Positions 24,139 through 37,380 of a stretch of 64,000 bases of DNA are shown here, one piece after another. Both the position numbers and the translations under genes were made by a program. Each line of letters begins with the position of its first letter. The stretch's first letter is position 1. The notes under the pieces were generated by a model. The model ran no database searches, was not told the DNA's origin, and saw only the letters and a program-made list of their open reading frames with translations. The DNA is from Octopus vulgaris (taxonomy: Eukaryota), in assembly GCA_951406725.2 (NCBI GenBank), contig OX597828.1, positions 28,148,001 through 28,212,000 on the forward strand, given 5' to 3'.

Positions 24139-24522
24139 TGTAGGATACCTGTGAAGACTAAAGAGAATGAATTATGTGTGGTCTGATGGACATACCACCA
24201 TCAACCCAGCACAAAATGTTGTACGCAAATCAAGTGAAATGACAAAGTGATATTAAATGTAAAAGTCAACGTGTAGAAGAAAGGCAGCTGTGATGGAATG
24301 GGCAGCATGTGATTGAAATGGAGTGTTGTTGTTGAAGGAAGGTACTCATGGCAACGGTACCCATAGCAAAGAATGACCAAAGTAGACATAGGATGATGGT
24401 CAGATCTGAGGATGGTTGGTTTCACAGAGACAAGATGATACGAGATAAAGAGAGGAATGGCAAGATGCCTTACTGTGCAAACCCATTAACCCTACCAGCA
24501 TGGAAATATGGATGCTAAAACA
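24139..24522 (+). pseudogene. Old RTE-clade LINE 3' relic
   Basis: Degenerate VEERQL*WNGQHV motif and a DKE..WQDALL-like end, followed by aaccctaccagcatggaaatatggatgctaaa, the same terminus as family R. Confidence 0.5.
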
Positions 24523-24924
24523 ATAATGCTGGTCATCATCATCATCCTCATCATCATCATCATCATTAAATCCACACACACACACACACACAAAGACTTA
24601 AGTAATTCATTGCTGTAATATATTTTGTGCAACTTCAATAATTTTTTTTTTTTTCTTTCACTGATATTATATTTATTATCCCAAAAATAAATTTGGTTTA
24701 TTGATATATTTAGAAGATAACCTTGATGTTGTCTAGCCTCTGCAGCAAACTGAGACATTTGATGTAGTAGTAATGCATTATTTCAATAGCACACAACGAG
24801 ATACAATTAAAATCGGTAAATAACTTAACCAAAGAATTTATCCCTAGTTGTCCAAATTACTGTATTTTAGCTGCCAAATATTCCACACAATAACAAACTT
24901 AATAATGTTTAATGCGTTATATCT

Positions 24925-25130
24925 TTAACCCTTTTGGTATCCATCGTACTTGAGGTTGTTGATACAAACTTTATGTTTTAAAGTAATCTAAACTGAAGCC
25001 GTCCATCAAAGTTTCATAATGTATGTTCCAAACATCAGCTTAATAGTGACTATTTTCATAAATTCTTTATTATTTTCAAAATTAATAGAAACAAATACAA
25101 TGTATTTCCACCGAAATATGGTAATGCAAT
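24925..25130. mobile_element. piggyBac-type MITE, decayed relative of 2114-2334 in opposite orientation
   Basis: Starts ttaaccctttt. Internal aaattctttattattttcaaaatt and terminal aaatatggtaa match the reverse complement of the 2114 element. Confidence 0.5.
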
Positions 25131-25350
25131 TTTTCCTATCTCATACATAAGTTGTACATTTTAGTCCATTAGCAATTTTTCTATTTATATTCTAAGAGTT
25201 TAGTCTGTCCCAAAGTCTTCAAAGGCTAAACTTGCTGCAGCCTGTGAAACTAACATATTTCATATACCTCTGGAATAACAAGTTGATAAGTGGAGGAAAA
25301 TAGGAGGTGGGAGTTATTTGAGAAGATGGACATGTGGGGAGGAAGGATTG

Positions 25351-25498
25351 ACAGTGCCATTTTAAGTGATAGACATGTTGAGTAGTTGCATGGGAACCCC
25401 ATGGCTATGGGGGCCCAATGCTAATCTATGAATGTTGTGCTTGTATATATAAAGGCCTAAATGCTTTTCTTTGCTATAAAGCTGTTAACACAACCCTG
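25351..25498. mobile_element. Old hAT-like MITE (gggccc family)
   Basis: cagtgccattttaa ... gttaacacaaccctg imperfect termini with an internal gggggcccaatgctaatct. Related to 26423-26495 and 54977-55195. Confidence 0.4.
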
Positions 25499-25845
25499 AA
25501 TATTTGTATGAGGAGATGGGGCTCTTTAGTGCAGGGATTTGAGGGACAAGGTACGAATAACAATCGAATGAAAGGTGAGTGATGAGAGAGTGGAGGTAGT
25601 ACAGGACTAACCAAATTTAAGGAACAGAGGATATTGTAGCAGTGACAGGAAATACGAAATGAGGTTAATATCAAAGAGCCTTTGATTAGCCTTGGGGCTA
25701 CCAAACTAAAGCAAAACTGACTGAAGTTACCTAATGGCAACTAGCTATCAATAAAGCACAGATAGTTTGTTTATTAGCAATACATATATATATAAATAGT
25801 TTTATATATATATATATATATACTCTATGGTCTCTCTCTCTCTCT

Positions 25846-25889
<44 letters not shown>

Positions 25890-26572
25890 ATGAATGATCA
25901 AATATGTTACATGCTGATATATTGAATATACTAATAAATAATTCTTCTTAAATTTTGTCAGATGCCACATACCAATCTATATATAACCGATATTACATAT
26001 TGAGAGATACAGCATGCAAATAAATAACCCACCACCTCCACCACTACCATCGCCACCGCCAGTTTTACAGTCAATATCTATGATTTAGCATTATTACCTC
26101 ACTGACATTGCATACTGATACATACAACATAGAAATTAATTACTCATATTACATTCTGACATATACAGTATAGTAATATATGACTTACCATTGTATACTC
26201 GTATATATAACACATTACTTGGTATTGATAGGTATAACATAGGAATAAATGGCCCTTGTTCTAAACTAGAAAGTGCAAGATATTATTAATAAAACGATTT
26301 TAAATTATGCAACATTGATATTGCTTAATTCAGGTACAATCCTCTCATTGATCTCTTTTCTTCTCCATTACCTATACTGTGTTTCTCCCATCCTGGGGCC
26401 TGTAGCTAACCAGTGATTCTAGCAGTGTCGTTTAAAGCAATAGTAAGTACATTGGTTGCCCAGGGGCCTCACAGGCATTGGGGCCCAGTTCTTATTTATA
26501 CATACAATGGCTTTCAGTTTACAGATAAGCATTGTAGGACCCAGTGCATCGATTCTCCTTAGATGGCCCTAC

Positions 26573-27562
26573 TGTGTTGTTTATGAATATGTATTTCATC
26601 ATGGAGCCAATGCATCCAAGACAGCTTGAAACATCAGTGAGGTGTTTGGTGAAGATGAGGCGAATGAGTGTGTTGTACATCGATGGTTTGAGAAGTTCCA
26701 GTCTGGTGACTTTACTCTTGAAAATCAACTCCATGGTAGACCTGAGACCGAGGTGGATAATGAAGAGCTGGAAACTGTAGTGGAAGCGAATATATTTCAA
26801 ACTACGAGTGCATTAGCAGCAAGGTCTCATGTTTCAATTCCAACTGTGTTGGACCATCTGAAACAAATCAGCAAGGTAAAGAAGTTGAACAAGTTGGTAC
26901 CACAGAAACTAAACAAGCATCAAATGACATGTCATCCTGAAATTTGCTGTTCTTTGCTGTCATGGCATAAAAGCAAGCCATATTGTTATGAGTGAGGAAA
27001 AATGAATTCTTTTCAACAATAGCAAACATTCTGCATGGTGGTTGGATAGAGCCAAAGTGCTGAAACACAATCCAAAAAGAATATTCACCAAAAAAAGCTA
27101 ATGCTGTCTGTTTGGTGGTCCAGTGCTGGTATCATCCACTACAGCTTCATGAGACCTGGTAAGTCAATTACAGTGGATGCATACATCAACCAACTGGATG
27201 AAATTTTGAGTGAACTTGCAATTAAACAACCGAGATTGGTCAATAGAGACAGGCCAATTCTCTTGCAAGACAATGCTTGACCACATATTGCACAAAGAAT
27301 GCTACTCAAGTTACAGGAACTGAACTTGGAAGTGCTCTGTCATCCACCATGTTCACCAGACATTGCACCAACTGACTTTCACATTTTCCAAGCATTAGAC
27401 AACCTTTTGCAAGGAAAAAACTTCAAATCTGAAGAAGATGCAAAAACAGCCTTTCGTGATTTCATCACCTCTTGCTCTCCAGAATTCTTTGCTGCCAGCA
27501 TAAATAAGCTACTGATAAAATGGCAAAATTGTGTTGATAATTTAGGTGCATACTTTGATTAA
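26573..27562 (+). pseudogene. Mariner transposase pseudogene
   Basis: YEY..GANASKTA*NISEVFGED...RWFEKFQSGD HTH region, GRP, LVPQKL (WVPHEL motif), LLQDNA*PH, CSPDIAPTDFH with exactly 34 residues between the last two Asp, and C-terminal WQNCVDNLGAYFD*. Contains stops and frameshifts. Confidence 0.92.
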
Positions 27563-27632
27563 CTGCATTGCTTTTTTTGTTGAGATAAAGTAAAATAAAC
27601 TTAGAGTTCAAAATTGGACATTTCATTCTTAA

Positions 27633-27990
27633 TGTGTGATAAGTAGTTTGCTAACCAACCACATGGTTCCTGGTTCAAACCCACTGCGTGGCACCTTTGG
27701 CATGTGTCTTCTACTATAGCCTTGGGCCAACCAAAGCATTGTGAGTGGATTTGGTAGACAGAAACTGAAAGAAGCCCATCATATATATATATGCATGTGT
27801 GTGTATATGTTTGTGTGTGTGTGTCCCAACTCTGCTTGACAACCGATGCTGGTGTGTTTACGTCCCCGTAACTTAGACCGGTAGAATAAGTACTAGGCTT
27901 ACAAAGAATAAGTCCTGGGATCAATTTGCTCGACTAAAGACGGTGCTCCAGCATGGCCGCAGTCAAAATGACTGAAACGAATAAAAAGAG
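27633..27990 (+). mobile_element. Family A SINE nested in the mariner TIR
   Basis: tgtgtgataagtagtttgctaaccaacc...ccagcatggccgcagtcaaaatgactgaaac. Confidence 0.9.
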
Positions 27991-28442
27991 CCTGATATTT
28001 AACCTTGATCAGTTGTGTATGAAACAACAGAGATGTGGACACCAAGTGAAACTATATGAAAAGCCCAAAGGTCCTGCCCTGCAAATATGACATGTTTCTA
28101 TCTCAACCGGAAGACACAGTCTAGGCTCTGTGTTGATACGAGGTGGTTGGTTGTGTGAGATGCCTAGTCTGCTTGCCAGAGCATGTTGCATCTATTTTGC
28201 TGTCCTGTGTGTCTTTAAATGCGTGTCAAAGTATTTGATGGTGATTGTAGCAGAAAGGAATAAAGTGACATTGGTTTGAGTTGCCAACTCTTTCCCCGGT
28301 AAATCTGCAGACAATTTGGACCTCATTTGACAAACATTGTGGCAGATATTTTTGAGTTGATTGTATTTTATGTTTCACCCAAATTGGATGGGAGAGATAT
28401 TGGTGGAGGAAAAGAAGCAGATGCAAGATTAAAAGAGAGCAC

Positions 28443-28482
<40 letters not shown>

Positions 28483-28718
28483 GCAATGATAGTTTAATCC
28501 AAAACAGTTGATATTCCTTAAAGATTGTTCTATCGCACAAGCCACTTCAGCAATGTGTGAAGTCTTTTATTCTATATATTCCGTCTCTATTTCTTAACAA
28601 TGTCCTTCACTGTCAAATGTTTTAACAAATATAACACAGACAAAGTAACAGTATCTGCGACACACTGTCATGCTGTGAGTTGCAGCAGAGAGCTTCACAT
28701 GAACGGAATAGCTTCAGC

Positions 28719-28774
<56 letters not shown>

Positions 28775-30289
28775 ATTATTATTATTATTTTTATTTTCAT
28801 TATTATTATTTCACATTGTAATATGAAGATCCTATATCAATTTTCTTTTGTCAAGAATAATTCTTTTCATATTCATACATGCATATATATTATCAGACAT
28901 TTGCATATATATATATATATATATATACATATATAAACACAGGTGGTTGTGTGGTGTGCTTGAGAAACAGCTGAATTTGTGTGTATATGTAGACAAATAT
29001 ATATATATATATGAATGCATACATACATACATACATATATATAGAGGCACTCACACACAGACCTATAGTATATACATAAGTAAATACACACACACATATA
29101 TATATATATCTGCATACATTCATAGAAATATATTTATATATAATCCTAGACACTTGCACCCCTGTACACACACTTCTATATCATTGGTTGGGCAAGAAAG
29201 GAAGGAAGGAAGGAAGAAAAAAAAAGAAGAACGTTGCTATATCTATTTCTAATTTACATATAACTTGCTTAAAAATTGGGATAGGAATGTTTGCAGTTGT
29301 GTACACAATCTACCATTATGGGTAAACAATAAAAACAAATTCCATGAAGTCCAGCTAAAGAGAAACAAACAAGTCAAAAATCAATAATTTTACTAACTAC
29401 CGTTTTAGTTGGTTATCAACATGAACTTCAGGGTTTTGTTCTTCAAAATATTGTTTGTTTATACGAGACTCTCCCTACCCCCGGCTCTTCTTCTTCTTTT
29501 ACTGTTTCCTTGATGTGAGAGTACAGAAGAGAAAGAGATAGTTGTTAGCCTCCAAGAGCTTGCAAGAAGAAGAATGTAAAAGAAGTAAGCGAAGAAGACA
29601 GACCGTGTTCCGCCTCTCTTGAGGAATGTCAGATAACCAATGAGTTGAAATGATGTTCCTCAAAATAAGATGAGGGAATTCTTCTTACACTCAGACACAC
29701 ACACAAACACACTCACTCACACACACAAACACTCACACACACATACACACACACATATATTTATACACACATACATGGGTGTTTGTATATGTGTGTTTAT
29801 ATATATACATGTGGGGTTTTTATGTTAATAAATATATTTGTATATATTTATGTATCTGTCTCCTCCCTCTCTCTCTCCCTTTCTTTATACACACACACAC
29901 ATAGATAGATAGATATATAGATAGATATATATTGTGTATATATGTACACACACATATACATATGTGTGTGTATGTATATCTATCTGTGTGTATGTACAGA
30001 TATATACATGACACAAACATGCTCACACACACCATTCCCATCATACACAAACACTTTATACACACACACACACACGCACACACACACACACACACACATA
30101 CACACACAGGTACACATTTATGTATTTTTGGTTGACTGAATGAATCGCTGGAAAGTCAGTTTAACTGATTTACTGTTAAGCCATTTATGCTTTCTAATAG
30201 CCAAGTTGTCTCTCTGATTTATATAGGAAGGAAATATCTAAATGTTTCCAAGGCTAAGAGTAAACATTGAGGTTCGGTGGGCTTTCAGT

Positions 30290-30490
30290 CACACTTGTAA
30301 CTATCTTCAGGGTTGCGGGATAAGTTGAAACAAGTGCCCACGTCTGAATGAGTGAATGGGTAACATTCAAACGAATACTAACAATACCAGTTGGATTTGG
30401 ATTACCTTTCAGACTTAAGTGGATGGGTGTACATGAATTGTGTTTTGAGTTAATGGAAGACTGTTGTATAATGCATAGCAAGTTGTATTT
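30290..30490 (+). pseudogene. Highly decayed RTE-clade RT C-terminal fragment
   Basis: WVTFKRILTIPVGFGLPFRLKW...CCIMHSK resembles the RTE motif W-KF-ELLP-L...SLRLKG-LY...MLHGSE (alignment by eye). Confidence 0.4.
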
Positions 30491-30683
30491 GTGTGTAAGA
30501 AGGCTTGCAGTTGCTATAGACGTGGATGGGAGCATTGTTAGTGTGTGGAGGGTATGGAACGGGGTAGGTGATGAGCGTCTTAAGATTTGTTTTATATTAT
30601 TGTTTATTGTGTGTTTCAAGTTTTTTATAATTTCATCGTCATTTAACTAACATCCACGTTCCATGCTAATGTGATTCGGACAA

Positions 30684-30730
<47 letters not shown>

Positions 30731-30753
30731 ATGTTTGTGTATGTATATATATA

Positions 30754-30832
<79 letters not shown>

Positions 30833-30903
30833 ATATATATATGTATTTATACAAACATATATATATATAAATGTTTGCACAAGTATTTGTATGTGTGTGT
30901 GTG

Positions 30904-30950
<47 letters not shown>

Positions 30951-31659
30951 ATATATATGTATGTTTAGTGCTCTTTTAGGCTGGTTTTCTGTGGTTGTAT
31001 GCCATTCCTATCATCAACTGTCACCTCCTTCCAAGCAAAGTAATGTTTTCTCCCTGGCTGGGTACGTTTTTGCAGAAGACCAGCGATTTAGAACAACTGC
31101 TTGTTGTATAACAGGACACTTGTATTTAACATTTGTGTGAAGCTCAGGCGTGAACAATTTATGGATCTGAATTTTTCCTTATTAATTGAATAATAATAGT
31201 TTCAAATAGTAAAAATGTTTAAATGCATATTCTTTCTTAATATGCCTTTGTAGATTCAAATATGAATACCTAATCACTGCTGATTTTTGTCACCAGACAA
31301 CACCTTCCCCTTTTAAATGATTTGCGTTCATAATATGCGTGATTCATCTGTGTAAGGGGGCTTTCAGACACCTCAGTGTATCAACCATTTTATATGTCTC
31401 CTCTGTCAAAGCTACATCATCAGACTAATGAACCTAACAAGAACATAGGTCTCTTGTTTATAGAAGTCAGCCAATTATTTGCTGATGTTAGCTGATGTCT
31501 GCCAAACAGATAATAATTAATGAGGTGCTTGGACTTATACATTCTTATATAACTTATACATTCTTTCTTGATACATTCTGGAAGATCTGAACGTGAATAA
31601 CTGATTGCTAAAAGAGATGGGGACTTGCATGATGATGATGATGATTATCCTTTGTATTA

Positions 31660-31839
31660 TAGGTACGAGGTTGGTAATTTGATGGAGAAAGAGCTACTCT
31701 ATCACAGCAGCCCAAGTGCACAACTGGTACTTATTTCATCAACCATAAAAGGACGAAAGACAAAGTCCCCCTCAGTAGAACTTGAACTCAGAACTAAGCA
31801 TTTTGTCTGGCATGCTAACAGTTCTCCCAGCTCTCTACC

Positions 31840-31895
<56 letters not shown>

Positions 31896-31970
31896 CCTTC
31901 TTTCTACTAAAGGTACAAGGCCTGAAATTTTGGGGAAGGGGACTAGTCGATTATATCGACACCATTGTGT
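31660..31970 (-). mobile_element. Two family B SINE fragments around an (AAT)n tract
   Basis: ctggtacttatttcatc...gaactcagaac...cagctc, and aaggcctgaaattttggggaaggggactagtcg. Confidence 0.6.
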
Positions 31971-31985
31971 CACTATTAATAATAA

Positions 31986-32206
31986 TACCAAGAGCACTCG
32001 GAGAGCACAGACCTCTGCCAAGGCAACACCAATATCCTCTCAATGATTAGCCAGAGATGAATTTTAAAATAAGAATATCTGAAATAAACTCGACTGCTCT
32101 CAAAAACGAGAATACTAAAAATTAACCCGACCGCTCTCAAAAATTAAGTAAAAAAAACAACAGAAAAGTAATCCAGAATCCTTGTCCAGTACCTGATTGA
32201 TCCCAA
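31986..32206 (+). mobile_element. Putative non-autonomous Helentron/DINE-like fragment
   Basis: Starts accaagagcactcggagagcacagacctctgccaagg and ends aatccagaatcc...gatcccaa, with a short internal duplication gctctcaaaaa. Class assigned from recalled terminal style only. Confidence 0.35.
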
Positions 32207-32294
32207 TGGTAGTCATGGAATTTGAATGTAGGTGTGCGGGTCGTGTTTGTAATGCTGTGTGTGTCTGCAATAGAATCTGGGATAGTTTTCTCTA

Positions 32295-32455
32295 TGAAGG
32301 CGTTTTTTTAGTCTATCCACTGATATAGTGATTTTATGACCATTAAGGTCTATAGTAAAAAATGTATCCGTGCATGAAAGAAGACGGAAAGGACCTGCAT
32401 ACACTGTTGATAACGGAGGTTTAACCACATCGTTGCACACAAAAATGTGAGTCCA
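32295..32455 (-). pseudogene. Ty3/Gypsy integrase C-terminal (GPY/F) relic
   Basis: WTHIFVCNDVVKPPLSTVYAGPFRLLSCTDTFFTIDLNGHKITISVDRLK matches the Gypsy THVFVR-D..K-PL-P-Y-GPF...VS-DRLK pattern. Confidence 0.85.
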
Positions 32456-33542
32456 AAAAGTAAAGCTTCCTTCAATGCAGAACTAGAAATGCGATTGTGA
32501 AGTAGGTAAGAGGTTTTAAATAGGAGTGATATATTCAAAATTGATGAAACTAAAAAATTGTTGAGGATAAATTAAATTTATTATTGTTATTGAATTTGTA
32601 AGTGTTTCATCTGAATGCATGACTGAAAACAGTACCTCCTCCTTCGCTATAGCACAGGTAATAATGATGAGAATAATAATAACAATATTGGGCTTTGGTT
32701 TATCAGCAAACATGTTTCCTGTTCACTGATAACTCAAATGTCTTACTTGAATTTTCATTTCAGCAATGAAAATATGTTTAAAATATAAATATTGAACCTG
32801 GTTTACATATTTTGCTTCCAAATATAACAACAATCTGTCCAAACGTATTGTGCCTTCCCCATAATACACCTCTGATTCTATCCACACTATAAAACATGAG
32901 CTCACAACACCCACAGGGGGTACCACTGCCCTGGTTAATAACCACTATACAGGAGTGTGGAAAGTGACATGACATAGGAGTGATAAAAAAAAAAGGAATA
33001 TCTAAATTTTTACTTGTATTAATTAAGCAAAAATGTTGGTTTCTGTGTGCTTAAAACAATGGATTCAATTATCTTTGTTGACATTTAAAGACTGTTTATA
33101 TCTGCCCTTATATTTAAATGTATCTCTGTTTTAATTTGGATTCATGAAAATTCTGGAAATATAATACATATGTCATCTTATTTTTGCAAATGCATAGTTA
33201 GATGGCTTAAAAAGATTGTAGATGTCTGACCAGTGTAACAACTGTTATGAGGCAACATGTTATATATCAGTGAATGAAATAAGTATGTTAGTGAGACACA
33301 GGAGTCAATGAAGTTAAATGGTAAAAGAAATGACTGAACAGACAATAAATCCTCTAGTTTCATATATTCATTCATTAATTATGATCAATGCTAAATTTTT
33401 TAAGTGGTTGTATTTAATTTCCATTTAGTCATACCCTGAAGAATTTTATAATTTACTGGAAGAATAGTTTTTGCTAATTTTTATAATAAAAACTCTGCGG
33501 TTATTTTACTTTGAAGTTTCTATCATTATTATTATTATTATT

Positions 33543-33925
33543 GCCTTTGCACAGCTTCTAACCTGGAGGTGTACGACAGTGTCAGCTGTTCACTACCAGG
33601 GAACTAAGGTATCACCTCGTTTTTGGAGCATCTTCCAGAGTGTTCGAGCAGTTCCAAGCAGTACTGTTTTCTGCAAGTGCTCCACCCTTATTGCAGACCC
33701 TATTTGTTCCACGTACTTCTTGAGATTTTTGCTCACTGTTCCCAGGGCTCCAACAATTACTGGTAGTACTGCTACCTTTATCATCGACCACAACTGCTTA
33801 ACTTCCCAAACTAACCTGTCATATCTCTCGACTTTTCTTTCTTCCTTATCGCATACCTTGTTGTCAGCTGGGCATGCTATATCTATAATCCAGCATAGTT
33901 TGTTTCCTTTCTCAATTAAGACTTT
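33543..33925 (-). pseudogene. R4/Dong-clade non-LTR retrotransposon 3' end (RLE domain)
   Basis: VLIEKGNKLCWIIDIACPADNKVCDKEERKVERYDRLVWEVKQLWSMIKVAVLPVIVGALGTVSKNL...HLQKTVLLGTARTL, the restriction-like endonuclease C-terminus. The 3' end abuts (TAA)n. Confidence 0.88.
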
Positions 33926-34394
33926 ACTGTATGTGCCCTAAGGATAGTCTGGTAGGGATCTGTTAGTTACTTCAGCTGAGTAACAGTTTCATTTTATTGA
34001 CATCTCTTAATTCAAGCTAATATAATATTGTATTACTGTATTAACACACACACATACCAATGCCATTTCTTCCTCTCCATTTCTTCAGTTTTACCTTGAG
34101 AACTCTTAAGAAAATACTTACCTGTTACCCCACTGAAATAAACCTTTCACACTATTGTCTTAGAATTGATTTTTTTTTTTGTATACAGTGAGTATTTATT
34201 GCTATATTTTTTTTCCTTCCTATCGTCACCATTATCATCGTCATCATTATGTTTTTGCCTTTGTTTTAATGTACACAACATGCACCCAAGTCTCTACCAG
34301 AGATATCAAGGGACAATAGATTTTTGCATCTAAAGATGCAGACAGGTGAGGTGTCAGGTAATTGAAAAACAAGTTGATATCTGTGACTTATAAT

Positions 34395-34605
34395 AACAGT
34401 TTCAAATTTTGGTACAAAGCCAGCAATTTCAGGGTAGTGGGTAAGTTAGTTGACTCCAGTGTTTAACTGGTCCTTATTTTATCAACTCCGAAAGGATCGA
34501 AGGTAAAGTTGACTCAGTGGAATTTGAACTCAGAACATAGAGACAGGCAACATGCTGCTAAGCATTTCACCCACCCTGCTAATAATTCTGTCAGCTCACT
34601 GCCTT
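34395..34605 (-). mobile_element. Family B SINE, diverged
   Basis: Reverse-complement head gcagtgagctgacaga, B box and core. Confidence 0.75.
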
Positions 34606-35139
34606 CATATATGATGATGATAATGGTAGACCTTAATCAGTTGAGCATGTCCCTTAGTGGATGACGATATATGCATCTCTGATCATGAGCAGAAGTAGTG
34701 CGGGAGTCTCATAGCCATGTGTTGAGAGGAATTCTTTGAGGTTTGGATAATTCATTTCTGGAAACATGGGTGTTTCATTCAACATCCTTAGACATTTCAA
34801 CATTGTGTGTGTCTTCAACTGGTTCAAAAAATAAATTTGTCAATCTGCTTCATTTTGGTTAATATATATAAAGGATTGAGGTAACTCCTCCTGAAGATAT
34901 TATTATTATTATTATCATCGTCATCATCATCATCATCATCATTATTATTATGACGTTTGGATTTTGCTTTATGTTTACATGAGCTGAGGCCAAGTCTCAC
35001 CCTGGGACCTCAAGAGACAAGCTAGTTATGATTTCAAATGGGCATTATGACAAGGATCGTTGATAACTGCCATGTTTTGAGGGAAGAATGTAGTTCAGTG
35101 AACAGGGTTTGTGTTATAATTGTGCACCTTGAGTTCGTT

Positions 35140-35173
35140 GGAGTTGTTGTTGTTGTTGTCATCATCATCATCA

Positions 35174-35237
<64 letters not shown>

Positions 35238-35265
35238 CATCATCATCATTATTATCATTATTATT
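35140..35265. repeat. Compound (GTT)/(ATC)/(ATT) trinucleotide microsatellite
   Basis: Seen directly; similar tracts at 28722-28810 and 62420-62640. Confidence 0.95.
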
Positions 35266-36162
35266 TTGTATGTGTATGACAATTAGCATTGTAAGATTCT
35301 CATTTTTTTTTTTCTCTGATTTTGTGGTGTAGTATTGTACCTCATTTAACATACAGTCTCACTCTTGTTTTTTTGTTTCTTTTTTTTCTTTTTTTTTTTT
35401 TTGCTATGAAACAACATCACCACCTACATCTTTCCTCCTCCCCACACCAATAAGAAGGCACCTCTCACTCTCTCTCTCTCTGTCCTTCTCCCTCTCCCTC
35501 TCTCTCTCTACAAACATCAATTGACTGTCATATCACGTCTCTGTAGGAGGCTTTGTGATTATGTCCAAATTTATGATCGATTATTTTCCTTTCTTCCCGT
35601 CCGTCTGATGCCGGAGTTTTCTCATTTTTAGCTTTTAACTCTTGTGTTGAGGGTTATTAGCTCGTATTCAAGTATTCTCAATTGGCAGTTTCTGGACATT
35701 TTTGTTATTTTATCTCAAAATCTTAATTGGGTTTTGTTATTTGTCTTTCTCACATGATAACTGTCCCTCCATAGCTAATAGTGAAACCATTGATTGTTGA
35801 TAAATATCCTTTGATTCACGATATTTACACTTGCATTGTTTTTCTTTTTGTTTTTTTTTTTTTATTATTTATTTCATTATATGTTTACATCTGTTTATTT
35901 CCTTGATATCCCTACCGATCTATTACTTAATTGTCACAAGAATATATAAACTAGAATTAATTTAGCAGAAAAGGTAAATTTGTCAGGTTTGTAAATGTTT
36001 TCTTCCAATGCGTCCAAACTGAACCACTATCAACATGGTCGCCATGTTGTTTTTCGATTTTTTGTTTCTTTGTGGTACTTGGAAGAGGTTTGTGTGAGTA
36101 TATACACAGGCATGTGTGTGTGTGTATGTGTGTGTGTGTGTGTGCATGCATGAGCGTGTGTA

Positions 36163-36702
36163 CAGGAATGGCTGTTTGGTCGAGAAGTTTGCTTTGCAAC
36201 CATGTCTTCAGGTTCCTTAAGCAATTCTCTACTACTATAGCCCAAGGCTAATCAATGCTTTGTGAATGAATATGATAGACTGAGAGATGGAAACTGAATG
36301 AAGCCCATCACGTGTGTGTACATACACATACATACACACACTTACACATATGTAATATACATACACATATATACACACAATTACACATATGTAATATACA
36401 TACACATACATACACATACATACACACACTTACACATATGTAATATACATACACATACACATACATACTTACACATATGTAATATACATGCAAATATACA
36501 TACACATACATACAAATATATGCATACATATATATATCTGTAGGCACAAGCGTGACTGTATGAAGCTTGCTTCATAATCACACAGTTTCAAGTTCTTCCC
36601 CTCTGAATGGCACCTTGGAGAAGTATCTTCTACTATGTGCCGCCTGGGTTGACCAAAGTCTTGTAAGTGGATTTGGTAAATGGAAAGTGAAAGAACCCAT
36701 CG
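36163..36702 (+). mobile_element. Two family A SINE 5' halves separated by a (CA/TA) minisatellite
   Basis: Heads at 36163 and 36542; intervening repeated acttacacatatgtaatatacat units. Confidence 0.65.
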
Positions 36703-36719
36703 TGTGCATGTGTGTGTGT

Positions 36720-36955
36720 GTATACAACAGACCCTCCCATTGAAGACTGCATATGACAATCAGCAACACATTCCCATTACTATGACTACCATTCACCAAT
36801 GCTTACAGTTCATTCACTCCACCTGGTGACTCCTCATGCGTGTCCTCAGACCACCAAATGCAATCTGGATATGAGCATGACTTGTTAAACCAACATGTGA
36901 TCTAGCTTAGAAATCACAATATGGACAATAGTGGTTTGAAGGAAAACTGTTATTC
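36720..36955 (+). pseudogene. Possible very old Tc1 transposase relic
   Basis: TDPPIEDCI and IWTIVV*RKTVIL loosely match the Tc1 motifs TT--EDR-I and NWT---W--V-FSD. Confidence 0.3.
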
Positions 36956-36999
36956 TGTGTGTGTGTGTATGTGTATATATAGATATGTGTGTGTATGTG

Positions 37000-37040
<41 letters not shown>

Positions 37041-37122
37041 ATATTTGTGTGTGTATGTGCATATGTATCTATATGTGTGTATGCATATGTATCAATATGA
37101 ATCACATGTATGCATATATATT

Positions 37123-37286
37123 CCGTATTTTCACGTGTATAAGGAACCTGTTTTTGTCAAAAATTAGGTTTAAAAAATATTAGAGTTTCTTATACATGGA
37201 TAGTGTTATAATCCCTTACAAAAACCTTCTTTTCCAAATTTTAAGCCCCCAAAATTAGGGGGTTCCTTATACATGTTAAAATACGC
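37123..37286. mobile_element. pogo/Tigger-type MITE
   Basis: TIRs ccgtattttcacgtgtataaggaacc and ggttccttatacatgttaaaatacgc, with TA on the right flank. Confidence 0.75.
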
Positions 37287-37380
37287 TACTTATGCATGTA
37301 TTTATAAATATATATGTGTGTGTATATATATATACACACACACACATATGCAGGTAGTTATATATGTGTGTGGGTGTATA

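Larger units (their letters stand above)
26228..27997 (+). mobile_element. Mariner element relic (DD34D), right TIR split by a SINE
   Basis: Left TIR-like ataggtataacataggaataaatggcc at about 26228. Right TIR ggacatttcattcttaatg (to 27634) plus cctgata (27991-27997), with a SINE between the two parts. Confidence 0.7.

Noticed and set aside
30262-30320. Minus-strand CTGAAGA-t-agttac/gtgact-GAAA hammerhead-like segment
   Set aside because: Stem II pairs, but no stem I or convincing stem III with a GUH site can be formed.
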